Shown here piece after piece: positions 37,861-54,283 of a stretch of 64,000 bases of DNA; position 1 is the stretch's first letter, and every line of letters starts with the position of its first letter. Below the pieces are notes generated by a model, which was given only the letters and a program-made list of their open reading frames with translations, was not told the origin of the DNA and did not search any database. The DNA is taken from the NCBI RefSeq assembly GCF_009914755.1, contig NC_060931.1; one strand, 5' to 3'. Source of the DNA: the human T2T-CHM13v2.0 reference genome, Homo sapiens. The position numbers and the translations under genes are program-made.

Positions 37861-39920
37861 TTTATGTTTACATATATATTTCAAATGTAGTACATGTATC
37901 CTGGTTGGATATGCCTTGAAAAAAAGGAATTTATAAAATCATTCTAGAAATTACGTGGAAATTTAAATATGTGTGAAATATTAGATGACGCTAGGAAAAC
38001 ATTGCTAATTTTCTTAGTTTTGATAACAGTGTTGTAGTTATTTAGGAGAATGTCCTTATTCTTAGGAAATCCATACTGAAGTATTTAGGAACTGAAGTGT
38101 GATGATATCTGAAACTTAGTCTAAATTATCCTACAGAATAAAAGTATACATGAAAAATATTAATAATTGTCATATTTGGATGGTGGCTATAGAGATGATC
38201 ATTGTACTATTCTTTCAACTTTTCTGTGTGCTTGAAGATTTTCATAATAAAATATCAGAGATTAAATGAAATTTATAAAAATAGTAATGATAGAAACTTT
38301 TCAATATAGTTTCACTCACTATTCTAGTTAAACTCTTTTGTTTCCAAAGATCAGAGTCCCACTCAGGTTACCTTAAGAAAATATTTTTTAAAGATACAGG
38401 TGAATCAGACCTAAAATTGGAATCCCACACTCAAAGGACATTCAGGTGGCTCTAGGAACTGCCTGCTCTCCCAGTGGCCGGCTAAGGGACCACCTCATTG
38501 CTCTCTCTGGGTCTCCACTTTCCTCAGTGCTTCTACTGCCTTCTCACCTCTCCCAATAGATTCCCTTTGCTATCTTCAATTTCAGCTGACCTCACCCAGC
38601 AAAGTTATACATGGGCCCTTTCACCCATCAACCTCACTCCTGGAAATCTAGCTCTGACATGTTGGCAAAAAAATCCAAATGATATCTACACAAAGCTATT
38701 CATTGTAACATCATTTGCATAAGCATAAAGCTGAAAACAACCCAACTTCCATCAAAAGGTGACGGATTAAGTAGACTATTATACATGCAATGATGGAAAA
38801 CTGTGTAACTATAAAAAGTAATGAGAACAATATATACTGATATGTAATGATCTTTAGGTTATATTGTAAAGGGAAAAAAGCCATGTATAGTATCCTACTT
38901 CCAGTATTTTACTTTTTGTGTAAAAAAAGAATAAAAATATATAAATAAACATATTTATTTATATTTTCATAAAGAAATAATGAAAGGATGAACCAAAAAC
39001 TAACTTTTAAAAAATGCTTCACTATAGTGGGAGGGAGAAAGTAAGATGAAGGAGCCAAGGAGAGAAGCTTCCCTAGATGTGCATTTGGCCGGCTTTCCTG
39101 GAGTCTGGGCCTGTAACTGGCTGTGAGCATTCTGCAGGCCAAGCAGGCCACAAGATTTAGCCCAGACTGAAGGGAGGAGAAAGAGACTCCAACTCTCTAT
39201 GGGAAGTGTGACAAACAATATATGTGGCCAGCTTTTCTAAAAGAGGACAACCAGACATGATGTGCTTCATAACGGGGCTTACTAAAAAGTTATACAACAG
39301 TAGCTATAAAGTGATTTTGCCTTAAAAATTTCACCTGAATGTCTAATCAAGCCTCCAACTCTCAGTTTCTAGGCAATATAAGGGATAGAAGGAAACATTT
39401 AACTTTTAAAAGGTTAAAGAAGCAATCAGCCAAATTCAGAATGTGAGAAATTCTATAGGACCAAACAACCAGAGGGAGCTGTCACGGAATAACCAAATGT
39501 AATATGAACGTTTGATTTGGATTTTAACTCAAACTAACTGTAAAAAGACATAATTGAGACAACTGGAGAAATCTGAATGTGGACTGGGTATCAGACAATG
39601 TTTAAAAATTACTATTCTATAAAAACATTTTTTTAAAAAACTTTTAGTATTTAGAGATGAAATAACATGGTATCTGGGATTTGCTTTTAAAATCTAAGAG
39701 AAGAAAGTGGAGGTGGTAAATGAAATAAAATGAGCAAAATGTTGAGGAAATTGTTGTTAAAAATACTAATTTTTTTGCATCCTTCAGCTACCACCATTAA
39801 CTTTCCAAGCCTCTTGATGTTACTTAGTTCAAACTCCCTGAAGAGTAAATATAATTAAGTCAGCTAAGCCATAGGCCACTGGCTGGGGTCTGTGATTGAG
39901 CTATCTTTAGGTTTACTGTC

Positions 39921-40273
39921 AGCTATGGACTGAATGTTTGCATCCTCCGAAATTCGCATGTTGAAATCTAATCCCTAATGTAATGGTATTAGGCGTTAGG
40001 GCCTTTGGCAGGTAATTAGAGCATAAGGGTGGAACCCTGAAGAAAAATGGGATTAGTACCCGTATTAGGGGCTACAGAGACCACAGTTATCCTCTTCTAC
40101 CATGTGAGGACACAGCTAGAAGGTCTACAAACCAGGAAGCCGACCCTCTCTAGACACTGAATCTACCAGCACCTTGATCTTGAACCTCCAGCCTCCAGAA
40201 ATGTAAGAAATAAATTTCTGTTGTTTATAAGCTACTCGGTCTATGGTACTTTGTTATAGGAGCCCAACATACA
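39921..40273 (+). mobile_element. MaLR solo LTR, MLT1A-like
   Basis: gctatggactgaatgttt...ccagcctccagaaatgtaagaaataaatttctgttgtttataagc...tttgttatag. Confidence 0.85.
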
Positions 40274-41339
40274 TTGCCCACTCACCCCGGGTCCAAAAAA
40301 CTGGGAAAAGTAGGTTACAAAGTAAAAAACTTGATCCCCTGAGCCTGTTTCTTCAGCAAGGATTGAAGACTAGGGCAATTCCATAGAGTTAAAGAAGCAG
40401 AGGGGAGCAGGCACACTAATCAGTACCTCTAGTGCTATCTTCCTGAGAGTGGGAGGAGCTGATTCTTTAATGGATGAGCTTCGCATGCATTTCAAAACCA
40501 ACAATAACATCTTTTTGACTCATAAACTTCTCATGAGTCCCACATCTATTTGCCTACCATCTCCTTTGATTGCTCATTGTTAAAGAAATAAATGGGGATC
40601 AGGGGTTAACTATCATTTCCTTATAATCAAGGCAAGTGGCCAAGTGATTTACCCAAGGAACAGAGCAATTGGTTCTAGAGGAAATAAATAAATTGTATTT
40701 TGTATATCAACTAGACTGCATCTTCAGGGAATTGTGCAGCATTGAAAACAACTTTTAAACTACCTAATAATTATCTGTAAGCATCATCTCCCCTTTAAAA
40801 AAATCTTTTAGACTTTCCTATGGAAAATCTACATTGTCAGCCCAGATGGGTGTTGGAATAGCAGGAAATAGGTTGGAGACTCAGGGAAAAATCTCCTTAT
40901 GAAAGGCCTTAAGAAGCAGGCTAAGGGATTTAGAATTTGTGGCTTTGCTGAAAGGGATCACTATGAAGGTAAAATTCATAGAAAAGCAGGGTTAATTCAA
41001 AAGAGAGAGACTGATGAAGACTGGGAGACCAGCTAGGAAGCTCAGTAATAAAAGCCTATTCTCCAAAGGGGCAGCTGAAATGTAGATGATGCACAACATC
41101 TGAAAGATATTCCAAAGGGAGAAATAATTTATTTTAATGGCCCTGGAGTTTGGGAAGGGAGCAGAATAAAAAGTCAAAGATGACTTGAAAGTTTCTGATT
41201 TGGAAGACTAAAATGTATTGATATCCCAGACAGAAGTGGAATGATAAGAATGGGAACAACAGAAGCAAGGCAGCCATTTAATCAGTCCCTGATAAGTAAG
41301 AGTTGAATGTACTTTTAGGGTAAGGAAGACATCTTGTAG

Positions 41340-41485
41340 CTAGCCATGGTGGCACTTGCCTGTAGTCCCAGCTAGTCAGGAGCCCAAACAGACACTAAGG
41401 TGGGAGAATTGCTTGAACCTAGGAGTTGGAGACTATAGTGCCTGGGCAACAGAGTGAGGCCCCATCTTAAAAAAATAAATGAATA
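41340..41485 (+). mobile_element. Partial Alu (right-arm-like, deleted)
   Basis: gcctgtagtcccagcta...gcctgggcaacagagtgag plus tail. Confidence 0.8.
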
Positions 41486-41541
41486 AAAATCTTGAAAGCA
41501 ATACATAGAATATATACATACAAAATTCTCCAATTCCTTTG

Positions 41542-41915
41542 TGATATGGTTTAGCTGTGTCCCCACCCAAATCTCATCTTGAATTGTAGCTCCTATAATC
41601 GCCACATGTTATAGTAGGGACCTGGTGGGAGGTAATTGAATCATGGGGGCAGGTTTTCCCATACTGTTCTCAATGTTAGTGAATAAGTCTCATGGTTAGC
41701 GAATAAGATCTGATGGTTTTACAAAGATCAGCTCCCCTGCACATGCTCTCTTGCCTGACGCCATGTAAGATGTGCTTTGCTCCTCCTTCACCTTCTGCCA
41801 TGATTGTGAGGCCTCCCCAGCCACGTGAAACTGTGAGTCCATTAAACCTCTTTTTCTTTATAAATTACCCAGTCTTGGGTATTTCTTCATAGCAGTATGA
41901 AAATGGGCTAATATA
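41542..41915 (+). mobile_element. MaLR solo LTR, THE1D-like
   Basis: tgatatggttt...gctaatata; TSD ctttg/cttcg. Confidence 0.9.
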
Positions 41916-42526
41916 CTTCGTAAACAGCTATTTAATTGTAGAAAAGGTGGAATTCAGACAATTTACATTATTTTGGGAAGATAATCCTGGGCACAGAAAA
42001 TTAATGTTAATTTATTAATACCACATAGAGCTATATACTAGCTGAGAATTTAGAATATCTGTAAAGTTATTTAATTGTTCTTGCATTTCCTTCATGTCAT
42101 TGCTTCTAAAAGCTTTACTAGTTGTCTAATAATCTTAGCCATGGGAAATTTAATACGATTTCCTTACTTTAAATTATACTTATTGTAAAATGTCTTAATT
42201 ACCCCTACATGATAAAATTTAACTGATAATGGGAATCATTCCCGGGTTTGAAATGTGCATATTTGACAGCCAAGTTATTATCATGGTTGATGCTATTGCT
42301 TGTGGAAAAAAACAGCAATCTAAATCCACATGGAAGCCAATACATCATATTCTACTGTCAGCATCTTCAAACAGTGATAATCCAAGGGAATTGTAGGCTA
42401 TTTGCCTAGAGAAATCACTCTAAAGGTATACCTAGCTCTCTACTTCTGAAAACACATATACCTGGTTGTAATTTAACCATCATCTGAAAGTAAACTCCTT
42501 TAAATTGCTGATGGGTCTCTCTAATC

Positions 42527-42712
42527 CAGTAGCTTTCAATCTTGACAGCACATTGGAATCTCATGAAGAAATTTCAAAAGTATAGTAATAGATATCTAAC
42601 TCTCGTCTCCTCCCTCTTTCTAATCTAATTGTTCTGGAGTGTGGTTTGAGGATCAAGATTTTTAGAAGCTCCCCCAGTGATTCTAATGTGCAGACAAGGT
42701 TGAGAATGTCTG
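42527..42712. mobile_element. MER5-family hAT MITE
   Basis: gcacattggaatc...aagctcccccagtgattctaatgtgcag...gttgagaa. Confidence 0.7.
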
Positions 42713-42950
42713 CACCATTTTCCTAACGATTGTCTGAAAGTTCAGATTTCCTTTAGCTTTTTAAACATTTCCTAAAGTTATAATAAAAGCCTTACTGGAA
42801 TATACCACTGGTATAAGGAGAAATAATGTCAGAGGGAATCAAACAGAAAAACAAAGCAAGGGGGTATGAGGAATCATTTTTCTAAGAAGTAGGAGAGCAC
42901 TTGAGGGAGAAAATTGTTATTTGGGGAAGTTATTTAAAGGCTTTTTGTGA

Positions 42951-43250
<300 letters not shown>

Positions 43251-44059
43251 GCCTTTTTAGATGGACAAAGCAAGAACAAAAGACTACTTTGTATGGGAAA
43301 TAATGAGTCTTAAAGTGGTTGGAATTTTCCAGCATAATGAGGTAAAAGATGATTCCTTTTGGCAGAAAAGCTATTTCCCATAGCTTTTGTTGTTGCTTGA
43401 TTGGTTGCTTAGCCAATAGGTATGGTATTCTTAAGTGAGCATTTTGCTGATTTCTTCTGGCAGCTGAGAAAAGGTTGTTTATTTGTTTGGTTTGTTTGTT
43501 TACGGAAGGACTTTGGGATAAGAGAAAGAAGAAATTGGGAGACAGCCTTTGAATGGCCTCTAGATTCATGCCAATAGGTCAGATCCTAAGATCTGCAGAG
43601 AAACTTCCATGGTAGGGTTTGGTTGCTGGAGCTTTGAAACAGCAAATTGAATTCCTTTCTTTTCCATGTTGGAATGCCCCCTTGATTGTACATCTAGGCC
43701 TTCAATAAAGCTTTGCTGATAATCACTACTACCTATTGTCTAGCTTGCATTGGTGTGGTCTTAGAGAATGAAGAAAGGGAGCTGTGCTCATATTTATAGC
43801 AAATTGGGTCAGCCTGCAGTAGCAGAGATGAAACATCAAAAGCCAGGAACAGCTATTGGGTGAGACGTGACAAGCAGCAATCCTATAAGGACTTTATTGA
43901 AATTTTCTGCAGTTTTACAGAAAGAAAGCTTAAGATGTTCTGTTTAGAGATGAAAGTAACCAATAACTTCAGAAAGTATAAATATTCAAGGAATATATGC
44001 CTTTATCTAATAGCCTAGTTCATAATTGTAAACTTATTACAGCTGAGAACACTAGCACT

Positions 44060-44450
44060 CCTCATTATCCATGTTGTTTATCTTCTTCCTGAGAACTCCC
44101 CTAAACAACATCTTCTGCCCACCTTACTATGTTGGGCCATGTGACTGGAGTCCGATTAGTGGAAAGTGAGCAGAAGTATTATAAAACACTTTCAAAATTG
44201 ACTCCTGTAACTTCTTATATCATCTTCATATTCTTTCTCTTTGCTCATTAGGCAACTGAATGCAGAGGTTCCAGTGCAGAAATTTGAAAAGAACTTATAG
44301 GATGATAAAGCCACTAGATGAAGGAGACTGAGTACCTCAATCATTAAAGAAACAGCTGCCCCTTACTATTTAGGCTATGAAAAATATAAAAACTCTTATT
44401 ATGTTAAGCCCTGAGATCTGTGGGTTGTTTATTACAGCAGCGCTAGCAGC
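44060..44450 (+). mobile_element. Old MaLR LTR (MLT1H/J-like)
   Basis: gggccatgtgact...gtgagcagaagt...ttaagccctgagat...gttgtttattacagcagc. Confidence 0.55.
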
Positions 44451-44524
44451 TAGTTTTACTTCAGCTGGCAATATACTAAGTGACTACCCAAATCCAAAAG
44501 TCCCATTCTGTACAGTCACTCAAA

Positions 44525-46022
<1,498 letters not shown>

Positions 46023-46560
46023 AACTTAATAATTTTTTAGTAATTCAAATCACACAAACAATGCTTTCTGACCATAATAGAAATAAAATAGGAAATCAAC
46101 AAATAAAGTAATGCTGGAAAATTCCCCAAATACTTGAAAACTAAATCACATACTTCTAAGAAACCCACAGGTCAAAGAAGAAATCATTAGGGAAATTGGG
46201 AAGTATTTTGAACAGGTGACAATAAAAATACATTTCAAAATTTATGGGATAGTGTCAAAGAATTACTTAGGGAAACTTTTAGCACTTCACGTTATGGTTA
46301 TTTCCTCAGTAGATCTATAGCCCATTTCTTCAACTGTGTTCCTCTCTTCCTCATTATTTTCTTTCTGCCCACGTGAGGAGGGAAACTATGGTTTGATCTT
46401 CCCTGTCCTCTTACTAGTTATAATTTGTCCATTAAATTAACACGTATTGAGAAACTACTGTGGGCCTATAGTGCTGGCTCAGAGTAGGAGCTTTACAAAT
46501 ATCTACTGAATAAATAAATCAGGTAATTTCAATTTGGAGACAGAGAAATAAAAGAAATAA

Positions 46561-46895
<335 letters not shown>

Positions 46896-49834
46896 CTAAA
46901 TCAAAACATTTTATATTTAGGTTCATACTACTCATAAGATTGATCTTCATTTTCCTCTCTTAACAGTCCTTTCAAAAGAGTAAGTCATAGAATCACAAAT
47001 CTAATCTGGTCACATCAAATGCATAAGTCTTCTCTAGCATCTCCAATAAGATCTGTCCAGCTTCCTCTGAACACCTCCAATAAGACTATTCAATATGTGA
47101 ATTGAAGAGTCAATTCAATCTATTAATTTTCTAGACTCATGGTAGTACAATGATTTGCATTTACCTTTCCAAACTGAATTGTAATTCTGATAAAAATATA
47201 AACATAATCTCTGGCACGGGGTTTGAGTTCTTCTAGCTCAAGTGACCTGTCTCCATAACCCACAGTCATTTGTAGAAAGGCAAAGCTATCTTCACTCAGT
47301 TACTTCAACCTCAGAAGATGGGATGTATCTCCAAAACTTTCATTTTCTCCCTTTTTAAACTTACTAGAAAACACCTTATTTAGATGCATTGCCTTCAACA
47401 TGTTTGCAATTTTATCTTCTACACACTCTTGATATGCAAATTGCATGAATGTACAAATCTGAAAGCATATATTAACCCCTTTAGAAGGTAAACCAATGCC
47501 CAATGACCATGGAAAAAAATCATTCTGATCACATTCCCATTTCCCCTTTATTGTTTGGTGAAGACTCATCCTTTGAGTCCACCTTAACATGGTTCCTGTT
47601 CATTTCTTTTGACCATTTTAGTGGACTCTTCCTAGACTTCTACAGCTCCACTATATCTTCCTCAGATTTGCATACACTATCCAAGAACTTACGTAATGGG
47701 AAGGTGGTGTTTGTAGTTTGATTTCCATTACCTTTTTGATGATTCCTTCCATTTGGACTGCATCATTTGTTGTCTGTATTCCAGAATGTATCTTGCCAGT
47801 GCCTGCAAAGAACAATCAACCATTACTGCTACATCCTTCTCTGGAGCTAAAACTTAGAGAACAAGTTTATCATATTCTAAGTATATTTTAGAATCTAATT
47901 TTCCAAGACATGTTACTTGATTTGGTCACAATAATCAAATTTTGTTGTTAAATCCTTGTCACTATTCAATATTTTGCATAAAAGTAAATTTTATAACTCT
48001 TCTGTGTTCCATGTCTTGTTAACTAATATTTTAAACGACATTATATGAAGCATGTAAATTCAGTCCTCTCCCCCAAAGGCAGTGTGTGACTCTTACTAAT
48101 TTTTACTAGAACACAATAAACCCTGCAATTAATATAGCACTTTAGACTCCTGGGTAAAACCAACACCTTGTATTTGGAATGACAAGTTAATAATCACTGC
48201 CATCGGCTGGCAACAAAAAAAACCCCTCTGGTTTATACCAACTTGTTTGATCAAAGGCAGTTTCAGGTGAACAAAATAATTATATTTCCAGGAACGATGC
48301 ACTAACAGATAAAAATACACTTGTCTATTTCCTGCCCTCTACATTTGCATTGGTACAAACAGCACCCAGAGCAATCAGAAAAATAATATTGAGCAAAAGC
48401 AGTTGCACTGGCAACCATGAGGTCACAATCTTTACTAAAGAATACAGAATGAGAGCATGATGAAATGGGAAAGAGAGGTATCCCCACTAGCGTTTTTTTT
48501 AGCATCACTAAGATTATAACTACTCTCAGTTTACAAGTCCAATTAATTAATTCCAACCCCTCTGCAACTCTTTCTGAGCAAATCAGTAATTTAACTTACC
48601 TGATAAGTCAAATTGATAACCAGTCACCTGTCTAGTGACCTTACTCAACTCAAGCCTATGTTATCTTGACAGATTGGATAAAGCAATTTAAACCTTATTA
48701 AAGCAAAGGTTTGATGTATTTCATCCAATCCATTACGTGTACATATATAAATACATTGTGGAAAAAAATACTACCACGTCTCTGCTGGAAATGTGTTTTG
48801 ATACAATGTTTTCAAGAAACAGTATTTTTTAAAGATGTCTTTGGATAGTCTAACAGTTTGTCTCAATGGGAGCTGCTATTCTTAGTCAGGAGTAACAATT
48901 CTTCATTGTTCTGTACATTACAGGATGTTTAGCATTCCTGGATCCTACCCACTAAGTGCCAGTAGATTGTCCCAGTCATATACGTATGGGAACCGGAAAC
49001 GCTCCCATATGTTTCAGAATGGCCCCCAAGGAAACAGTGCTGCCCTCTCTCCCAGTTAACAATCTTTGGGAAGGCTTCCCAAAAGAAGTTGAAGGATTTA
49101 GTAACTTCCCTATTGCAGGGTCAAGTATTCTTTAGAGAAATTCTAAATCAAAGAAAAGAGAGCTAATTCTAGAGGATAATTTCCAATGAGCAAATAAAAA
49201 TGTTCATCCTTGCTTCTACTCTTCTTTCTAAATGATGCCTAAATGATTTTCTAATCTAAAATTACAAACTTTAAAGGAAAAATGCCTATCAAAAAATAAG
49301 ATAAAATAAAAAATACTTATGAAATGTTAAGTTCTGTATGACAAAAACAGAATACAAAATAAAATACAAATATGAAACTAGAAACATAACTGCAGGGGTT
49401 AATAAATATACAAAAAATCCCTACATAGCAATGAGAAAAAACTAATGTCCAATAAAAAACTGAACTGAGGAATTAGCAAGCAAACAATAAGACAAATGGC
49501 TAATAACATAAAAAACCATATTCGACCTCATTAGTAATCAGGTATAAACAATATACATTTAAACAACAATTAAATATAAATATATTTATATGTTTTACCT
49601 ACAGTGAAAATATATTTAAATGAAAACACTCAGTATTGGTGAGGATTCACAGAAGTACAAGAATAGGGACAAAATTGATGTTGCCCTTATGAAGGAAATT
49701 TAGACATAGCTAGCAAAGCCTTAAAATTTTAAAAGTCATTTAATCCATCAACCCCAACTTTGGCAATTTAGACTAGGAATGTAATTGTGGTTGCAGGCAA
49801 AAAATTGGCTACAATATTGTTCACTGAATCTCTT

Positions 49835-50090
49835 TTTCTTATTTTGTGGGTATATAGTAGGTGTATGTATTTATGGAGTATATAAGATATTTTGATACAG
49901 GCATATGATGCATAACTAAATCAGGATAAATGGAAGTGTCCGTCATCTCAAGCATGAATCCTTTCTTTCTGTTATAAACAATCCAGTTATACTCTTAGTT
50001 AATTTGAAATGTACAATAGGTTATTTTTGACTGTAGTCACCCTGTTGTGCTATTAAATACTAGATCTTATTCATTCTGACTATATGTTCA
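49835..50090 (-). mobile_element. L1MA 3' end fragment within older + strand L1ME remnants (~49270-50270)
   Basis: gatattttgatacaggcat...gactgtagtcaccctgttgtgctat...ctagatcttattcattc. Confidence 0.75.
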
Positions 50091-50274
50091 TAGTCATGAA
50101 TCATTATTTTTTGTAGTAAAAGAGTAGATACACGTATATTTTCAAGAATAGGAAAATTTAATGAATAAACTATGGTATATCTAGAAAATAAAATATTATG
50201 AAATTAAAATAATGCCTTTGAAAAGTATTTAGGGACATGGAAAAATGATCTTAGTATATCATTAATGGGGAAAC

Positions 50275-50587
50275 GCAAGGCTCCACACCCATGGAGATTG
50301 GTCCCAGGATCCCAGTGGATATCAAAATTCAAGGTTGCTCAAGTCCCGGATATAAACTAGCATAGTATTTGCATCTAACCTACACGCAATCTCTCAGATA
50401 CATCAGATCTTCTCTAAATTACTCATAATACCTAATACATTGCAATCGCTATGTAAGTAGTTGTTATACTACATTGGTTTTTATTTGTATTACTTTCTAT
50501 TGTACTGTAAAAATTTTTTCCAAACATTTTTGATCTGTGGTTGGTTGAACTCATGAATGCAGAATGGCAGACACAGAGGGCCCACTG
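50275..50587. mobile_element. MER2 (Tigger-type MITE)
   Basis: gattggtcccaggatccc...gctcaagtccc...tttgatctgtggttggttgaa...gagggcccactg. Confidence 0.8.
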
Positions 50588-51099
50588 TTTGTAAAATATG
50601 ACCTTTTTATAAAACTTATATATGCATGTGTTTATATAATCAGAGAGAGGGGGCTATATTTGTCTTGTAGAGAAAATCTTGTTCTTCTTTGCAAACTCAA
50701 AACCTGGCATGGTGCCTGGAACAGAGTATGTACTAAGAGTATACCAAGTCAATCACATGTATAAATAAATTGGTAATAAAGGACATTCCCTAAAATGCTA
50801 TTGGTTATTGAGGCTGAGATTAATTATGTTTTTCTTTCTTCTCTTTGTTTATATTTATTTCGGGGGTTTTATACAATGAGCATGGATTACTTCTGTGATT
50901 TCAAAAAAAAGTGTAAGTCCTATGGAAAGCTTTAATTTGGTTGGAAGGAAATTTGTGGATCTTAACGGGAAGGATTTCAGTCATGCTACAGCAAGTGTGC
51001 CTCTATTGGTCATGACCAACACTTTCTTAGCCATAATTTGAGCTAATTTAAAAGCCTACTCACCTGCTGGGGTTTTTCTCCCATAGAGAAGTGATTCCA

Positions 51100-51415
51100 G
51101 GCCACCTGTGGTGGCTCATGCCTGTAATCCCAGCATTTTGGGAGGCCAAAGCAGGAGGATAGCTTGAGCCCAGGGGTTCAAGACAAGCCTGGGGAACATA
51201 GGGGAACCCTGTCTCTATAAAAAAAAAAAATAAATAAGATAATTAGCCAGGCACAGTGGTGCATGTCTGTGGTCCCAGCTACTCAGGAGGCTGAGGTGGG
51301 AGAATCGCTGGAGCCCTGGATGGAGGTCGAGGCTGCAGTGAGCCGTGATCACACCACTGCACTCCAGCCTGGATGACAGAGGGAGGTACTGTCTCAAAAA
51401 CAAACAAAAAAGAAG
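51100..51415 (+). mobile_element. Alu, AluJ-like
   Basis: Dimeric Alu with J diagnostics. Confidence 0.92.
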
Positions 51416-51789
51416 AAAATTGAGTCCCCCATAGACTTCAGAAGTAAGATAAGACAATAAACTTCTGAATCATCCCACCTTACACACGAAGCAGGGACAG
51501 AGTAACTGGGAAGAAGAGCCCCTGGGGACACCTTGGAGAACAAGATTCTAGTGCCAATTGACAAGTGACTCAGATGGTGAAAGCATTATAGACAACGACA
51601 TTAGGCTCTGATTTTCTCTTTCATTTTCGCGTTTGCTTTAATTCTTATTTGAAGCAATGTGTGTATCTTACTTCAACTAACGACAATGTTTTAATTTGAG
51701 GGGCAGTTTAGTCGCTTTAAGACTAACATTTCTGGCTCCATCACATCCCTTGTGTAGAAGGCAGTGGCCTACTACAACAAATAAGCAAG

Positions 51790-51807
51790 AGTGCCACCTC
51801 GTGGCAG
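51790..51807 (-). promoter_or_regulatory. Candidate CTCF site
   Basis: Minus strand CTGCCACGAGGTGGCACT fits the CCACNAGRKGGCRS core; located in non-repeat sequence. Confidence 0.55.
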
Positions 51808-52259
51808 CTCACTTAATATACACATGGTTCCTGAGCGCTGGAAGAAATTTAAGAAAAAGTTGAAAAGAGGTAATAATATTGCAGAGATTGGCCTAACATG
51901 CCTCAACAGCTTCAGTGCCCTGAATTGCAAAGGTTTCCTTCTACCTAGGATTTTAGCTTTCAGAAATGTGACAGTTTTGGTCAGCATAGAAAAAATATCA
52001 ACCTGAATTGCCGTTATCTCTACCGTAAATTACTAAACACGAGGCTCTTCTGGAGATGAACTACTGATCTCTGATAACATCGTTTATAACATAACCAAAA
52101 TTATCTGACTTTGGGGAGCTATTGTCCTCTCCTCATCACTTATTCTGTTATTTAATGAACATTTATTGAACACCTTTATTTTCCAGGAACTGCACTAGAC
52201 TTTGGGAACATAAACATGAGAAAGATACATTCTCCAGCTGGTGAAAAGCTCATACACTC

Positions 52260-52700
52260 TGTTAAGTAAAATTTCTAGAAGGCCATTGGTTTGAACTAAG
52301 CTCCCTGCACTAGGCCCCAACAGATCAAACCAAAATGGAGTAACCCATGCTAAAGTTCCATATCACCAAATTGAAACTAAGTTGTTAATCTGACCTTCTG
52401 AGAAATTAAAAGAGAAAAAGAAATAATAGCCAAACCCCAAACAGGCCAGTTTTAGCCAATATGATCAGAAAGTCCCCTCTGCTTTAACCCTTACAAGGAA
52501 GGTAACCTGCTGTTAACCAATCTGCTTTTTGTATTATGCTGTTTCCTTGTTCCTGCTCAAGCTTTTAAAAACTGACTCTTCCATCACGCCCAACAGAGCA
52601 CCACTCTGTTTCTTAGATGAGATGCTACCTGACTCATGAATCACAAATAAAAGCCAATTTGATCATTTAACTAAACTTGTTGCAATTTTGTCTCTTGACA
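52260..52700 (+). mobile_element. ERV1 (MER4-group) solo LTR
   Basis: TG...CA termini; gctccctgcactaggccccaacaga...aaaatggagt; aataaaagcc poly(A) signal. Confidence 0.75.
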
Positions 52701-52719
52701 TTTATCATGAGATACTATG

Positions 52720-53207
52720 CTGAATCATCTATTGTCAACTGCGCATCACCATCATCCCTTTTAAGGTCTTCTCCCACAATCCATTTACCTAGGACACGGA
52801 GTTTCCCATAGAAGTCACTCAAGATGTGGAAGACAGAAGAAATAGAGAAGTTTTATTCTCTAGAGGCAACTGCATCCTGACTGAAGAAAATGAGAGGCTC
52901 AGAGTGGCTCCCTGGTGAGCTCTTGAGAACCCATCTGTGTTGCTGCTGCACCGTGAGACGCTGGGGGACCTCTTAGAGATTCCTAAGACTTGCAGCAGCT
53001 TGCTGTTAAGTTCCTGAGAACCCGCTGCCCTGTTGCCTCAGGATAAGATCTCCAGTGTCCGCTTCCTTCCCGCTGGCTTGCCTGGTCTTCACTACTCCCC
53101 AGCCTTTCCAATAGTCAAGCAAGCCCCTAATTCCTAATAACAAACCCTTTCTGCCCCCAAAACACGGAGTGCCTTCTGTTTTCCTGACCAATCCTGACTG
53201 ACTCAGA
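52720..53207 (+). mobile_element. Old ERVL-type LTR (LTR16/33-like)
   Basis: 3' end ttctgttttcctgaccaatcctgactgactca. Confidence 0.4.
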
Positions 53208-53967
53208 CACGTAGCTAGATAATTCATATAGCTAGATAATTCTACAACATTGCTATAGTGTCATGAAAATCAGACTACATCAGATTTTATGAGAGCTGAG
53301 TGGCAGGAAAGTATCCCAGCTGTAGATGATTGAAGGAGGCTTCCCAGAGAAACCGGCATCTAAGGTAAGTCTCACAGATTAACAGAAATTATCTAGGTGC
53401 AAAGAAAGATTCAGAAACTAAGGTATTTAGAAAATAAGTTAGGTTTTAGAAGGGCTGGATAACCAAAAATAAAACTGTATTTAAAGGGGAAAACACACAA
53501 GACTAAAAAAGTTGCCAGACTTACAATTAGCATGTTGATGAAGAATAAAACAACAGTTTTCTTGCATGATTACCATTCCTGTAAAGCTCATTACACATTT
53601 GTAGAAATCAGTCTGGCAAAATGCAGTAATGCTGTTGGTGCTTCTTCCACCCCAAACCCTTACCAGATAGGTACACCAAGTTCGCCAGCTGCTGTGAATG
53701 ATAGCCACTAATGGCTCACAACTGCAGCCTTCTCTGAAGAATTGCTATTCACCTGGAAGTTTCCGGAAGACTCTGACTTCCTCCAAAGGCATTCACAGGT
53801 GAGGGCTGACATACAGGCCTGCAAAACCTGGCCCCCTCATCCTAAGGTGATGCCAACTTTGGTATGCCATTCAAACTCGGTGGGAGCAGGCTAAGGCTGA
53901 ACTACAGCAGAAACTTCATCTTTGCTTAACTTTTCCTCTGTCCTATTTTCTGCTTTCCTCACTTCTT

Positions 53968-54283
53968 TTTTTATTCTTTTGGTCTTTTGGTTTTTTTGAG
54001 ACGGAGTCTCCCTCTGTCGCCCAGGCTGAAGTGCAGTGGCGCAGTCTCGGCTCACTGCAACCTCTGCCTCCCAGGTTCAAGTGATTCTTATGCCTCAGCC
54101 TCTCCAAGTAGCTGGGAATTACAGGCATGCACCACCACACCCGGCAAATTTTTTTGTATTTTTATTAGAGACGGGGTTTTGCCATGTTGGCCAGACTGGT
54201 CTCAAACTCCTGACCTCAGGTGATCTGCCCGCCTCGGCCTCCCAAAGTGCTGGGATTACAGGCATGAGCCACCGCAACCGGCC
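53968..54283 (-). mobile_element. Alu (AluSx-like)
   Basis: 17-bp TSD tgctttcctcacttctt. Confidence 0.95.
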
